The notes beneath the pieces are model-generated. The model worked only from the letters and a program-made list of their open reading frames with translations, was not told where the DNA came from and did no database searches. The position numbers and the translations under genes are program-made. From Octopus sinensis (Eukaryota): DNA of 64,000 nt. Within the stretch, counting starts at the first letter, position 1. Each line of letters starts with the position of its first letter. This document shows, one piece after another, positions 63,625 through 64,000 of this stretch. Location: positions 112,034,001 to 112,098,000 of the forward strand of contig NC_042997.1 in NCBI RefSeq assembly GCF_006345805.1. Direction: 5' to 3'.

Positions 63625-64000
63625 GTGAGTGTAGTAGTTTCTGGTACAGCTACTGTAGCAGTAGCACCATCACTTGCTGGTACACAACCACCACCACCAC
63701 CACCACCACCACCACTACCTACTACCACCACGCTATTCACTACTACTACAGTAGCAGCAGCAGCGGCAGCAGCAGCAGCAACAGCAATTGGTAAGCAGCC
63801 TCAACTGCTACAACAGGTGCACCACCTGCTGCTGCAGCATGATCGCCACTAACTCCTCCTCCTCCTCCTCCTACTACTACTACTACAGATGATGATGTCA
63901 TTAACTTCACAACCATTATCATCACCATCATCATCATCATCATCGTCGTCGCCATCATCATCATTATCATCGTCGTCGTTATCATCATCATCATCAGTAT
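63180..64000. repeat. Compound trinucleotide low-complexity region (CAA/CAC/CAG/GAT/CAT); similar tract at 59430-59770
   Basis: Direct reading; no consistent frame or splice signals. Confidence 0.9.

Noticed and set aside
63049-63994. Poly-H/P/A/Q ORFs resembling a transcription-factor low-complexity exon
   Set aside because: Stops in all frames at tract boundaries and no folded domain; cannot be fully excluded without RNA-seq because the window ends here.
1-64000. CRISPR arrays, rRNA or prokaryotic operons
   Set aside because: No repeat-spacer array with unique spacers, no rRNA-like sequence and negligible coding density.

Overview
Repeat-dense, AT-rich animal genomic DNA with no bacterial features. 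It is most likely an octopus (coleoid cephalopod); this is inferred from the SINE families and the TA/CA/CATA/GATA microsatellite load, not from a database search. Only one convincing intact ORF is present: a 350-aa Tigger/pogo (CENP-B-like HTH) protein at 26438-27490 whose DDE core is deleted in frame, possibly a domesticated gene with upstream non-coding exons. The rest is transposon-derived: several tRNA-SINE families, RTE and Tx1/L1-like LINE fragments, decayed pogo and mariner transposons, a cluster of GG-ended TIR elements with 8-9 bp TSDs (Merlin/MULE-like, one nested in another), and three Penelope-like (PLE) ORF remnants. The main hidden signal is RNA. About ten type-I hammerhead ribozyme motifs with palindromic helix III occur in at least six unrelated short repeat families, typically in tandem or inverted arrangements. 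They include a 360-bp tandem dimer that could release a circularisable monomer (retrozyme-like), a 645-bp spacerless palindrome with a hammerhead on each strand, and a tRNA-headed SINE with a hammerhead-like tail. All structures were read by eye, without folding, alignment or database tools. Repeat boundaries are approximate unless a TSD is quoted.
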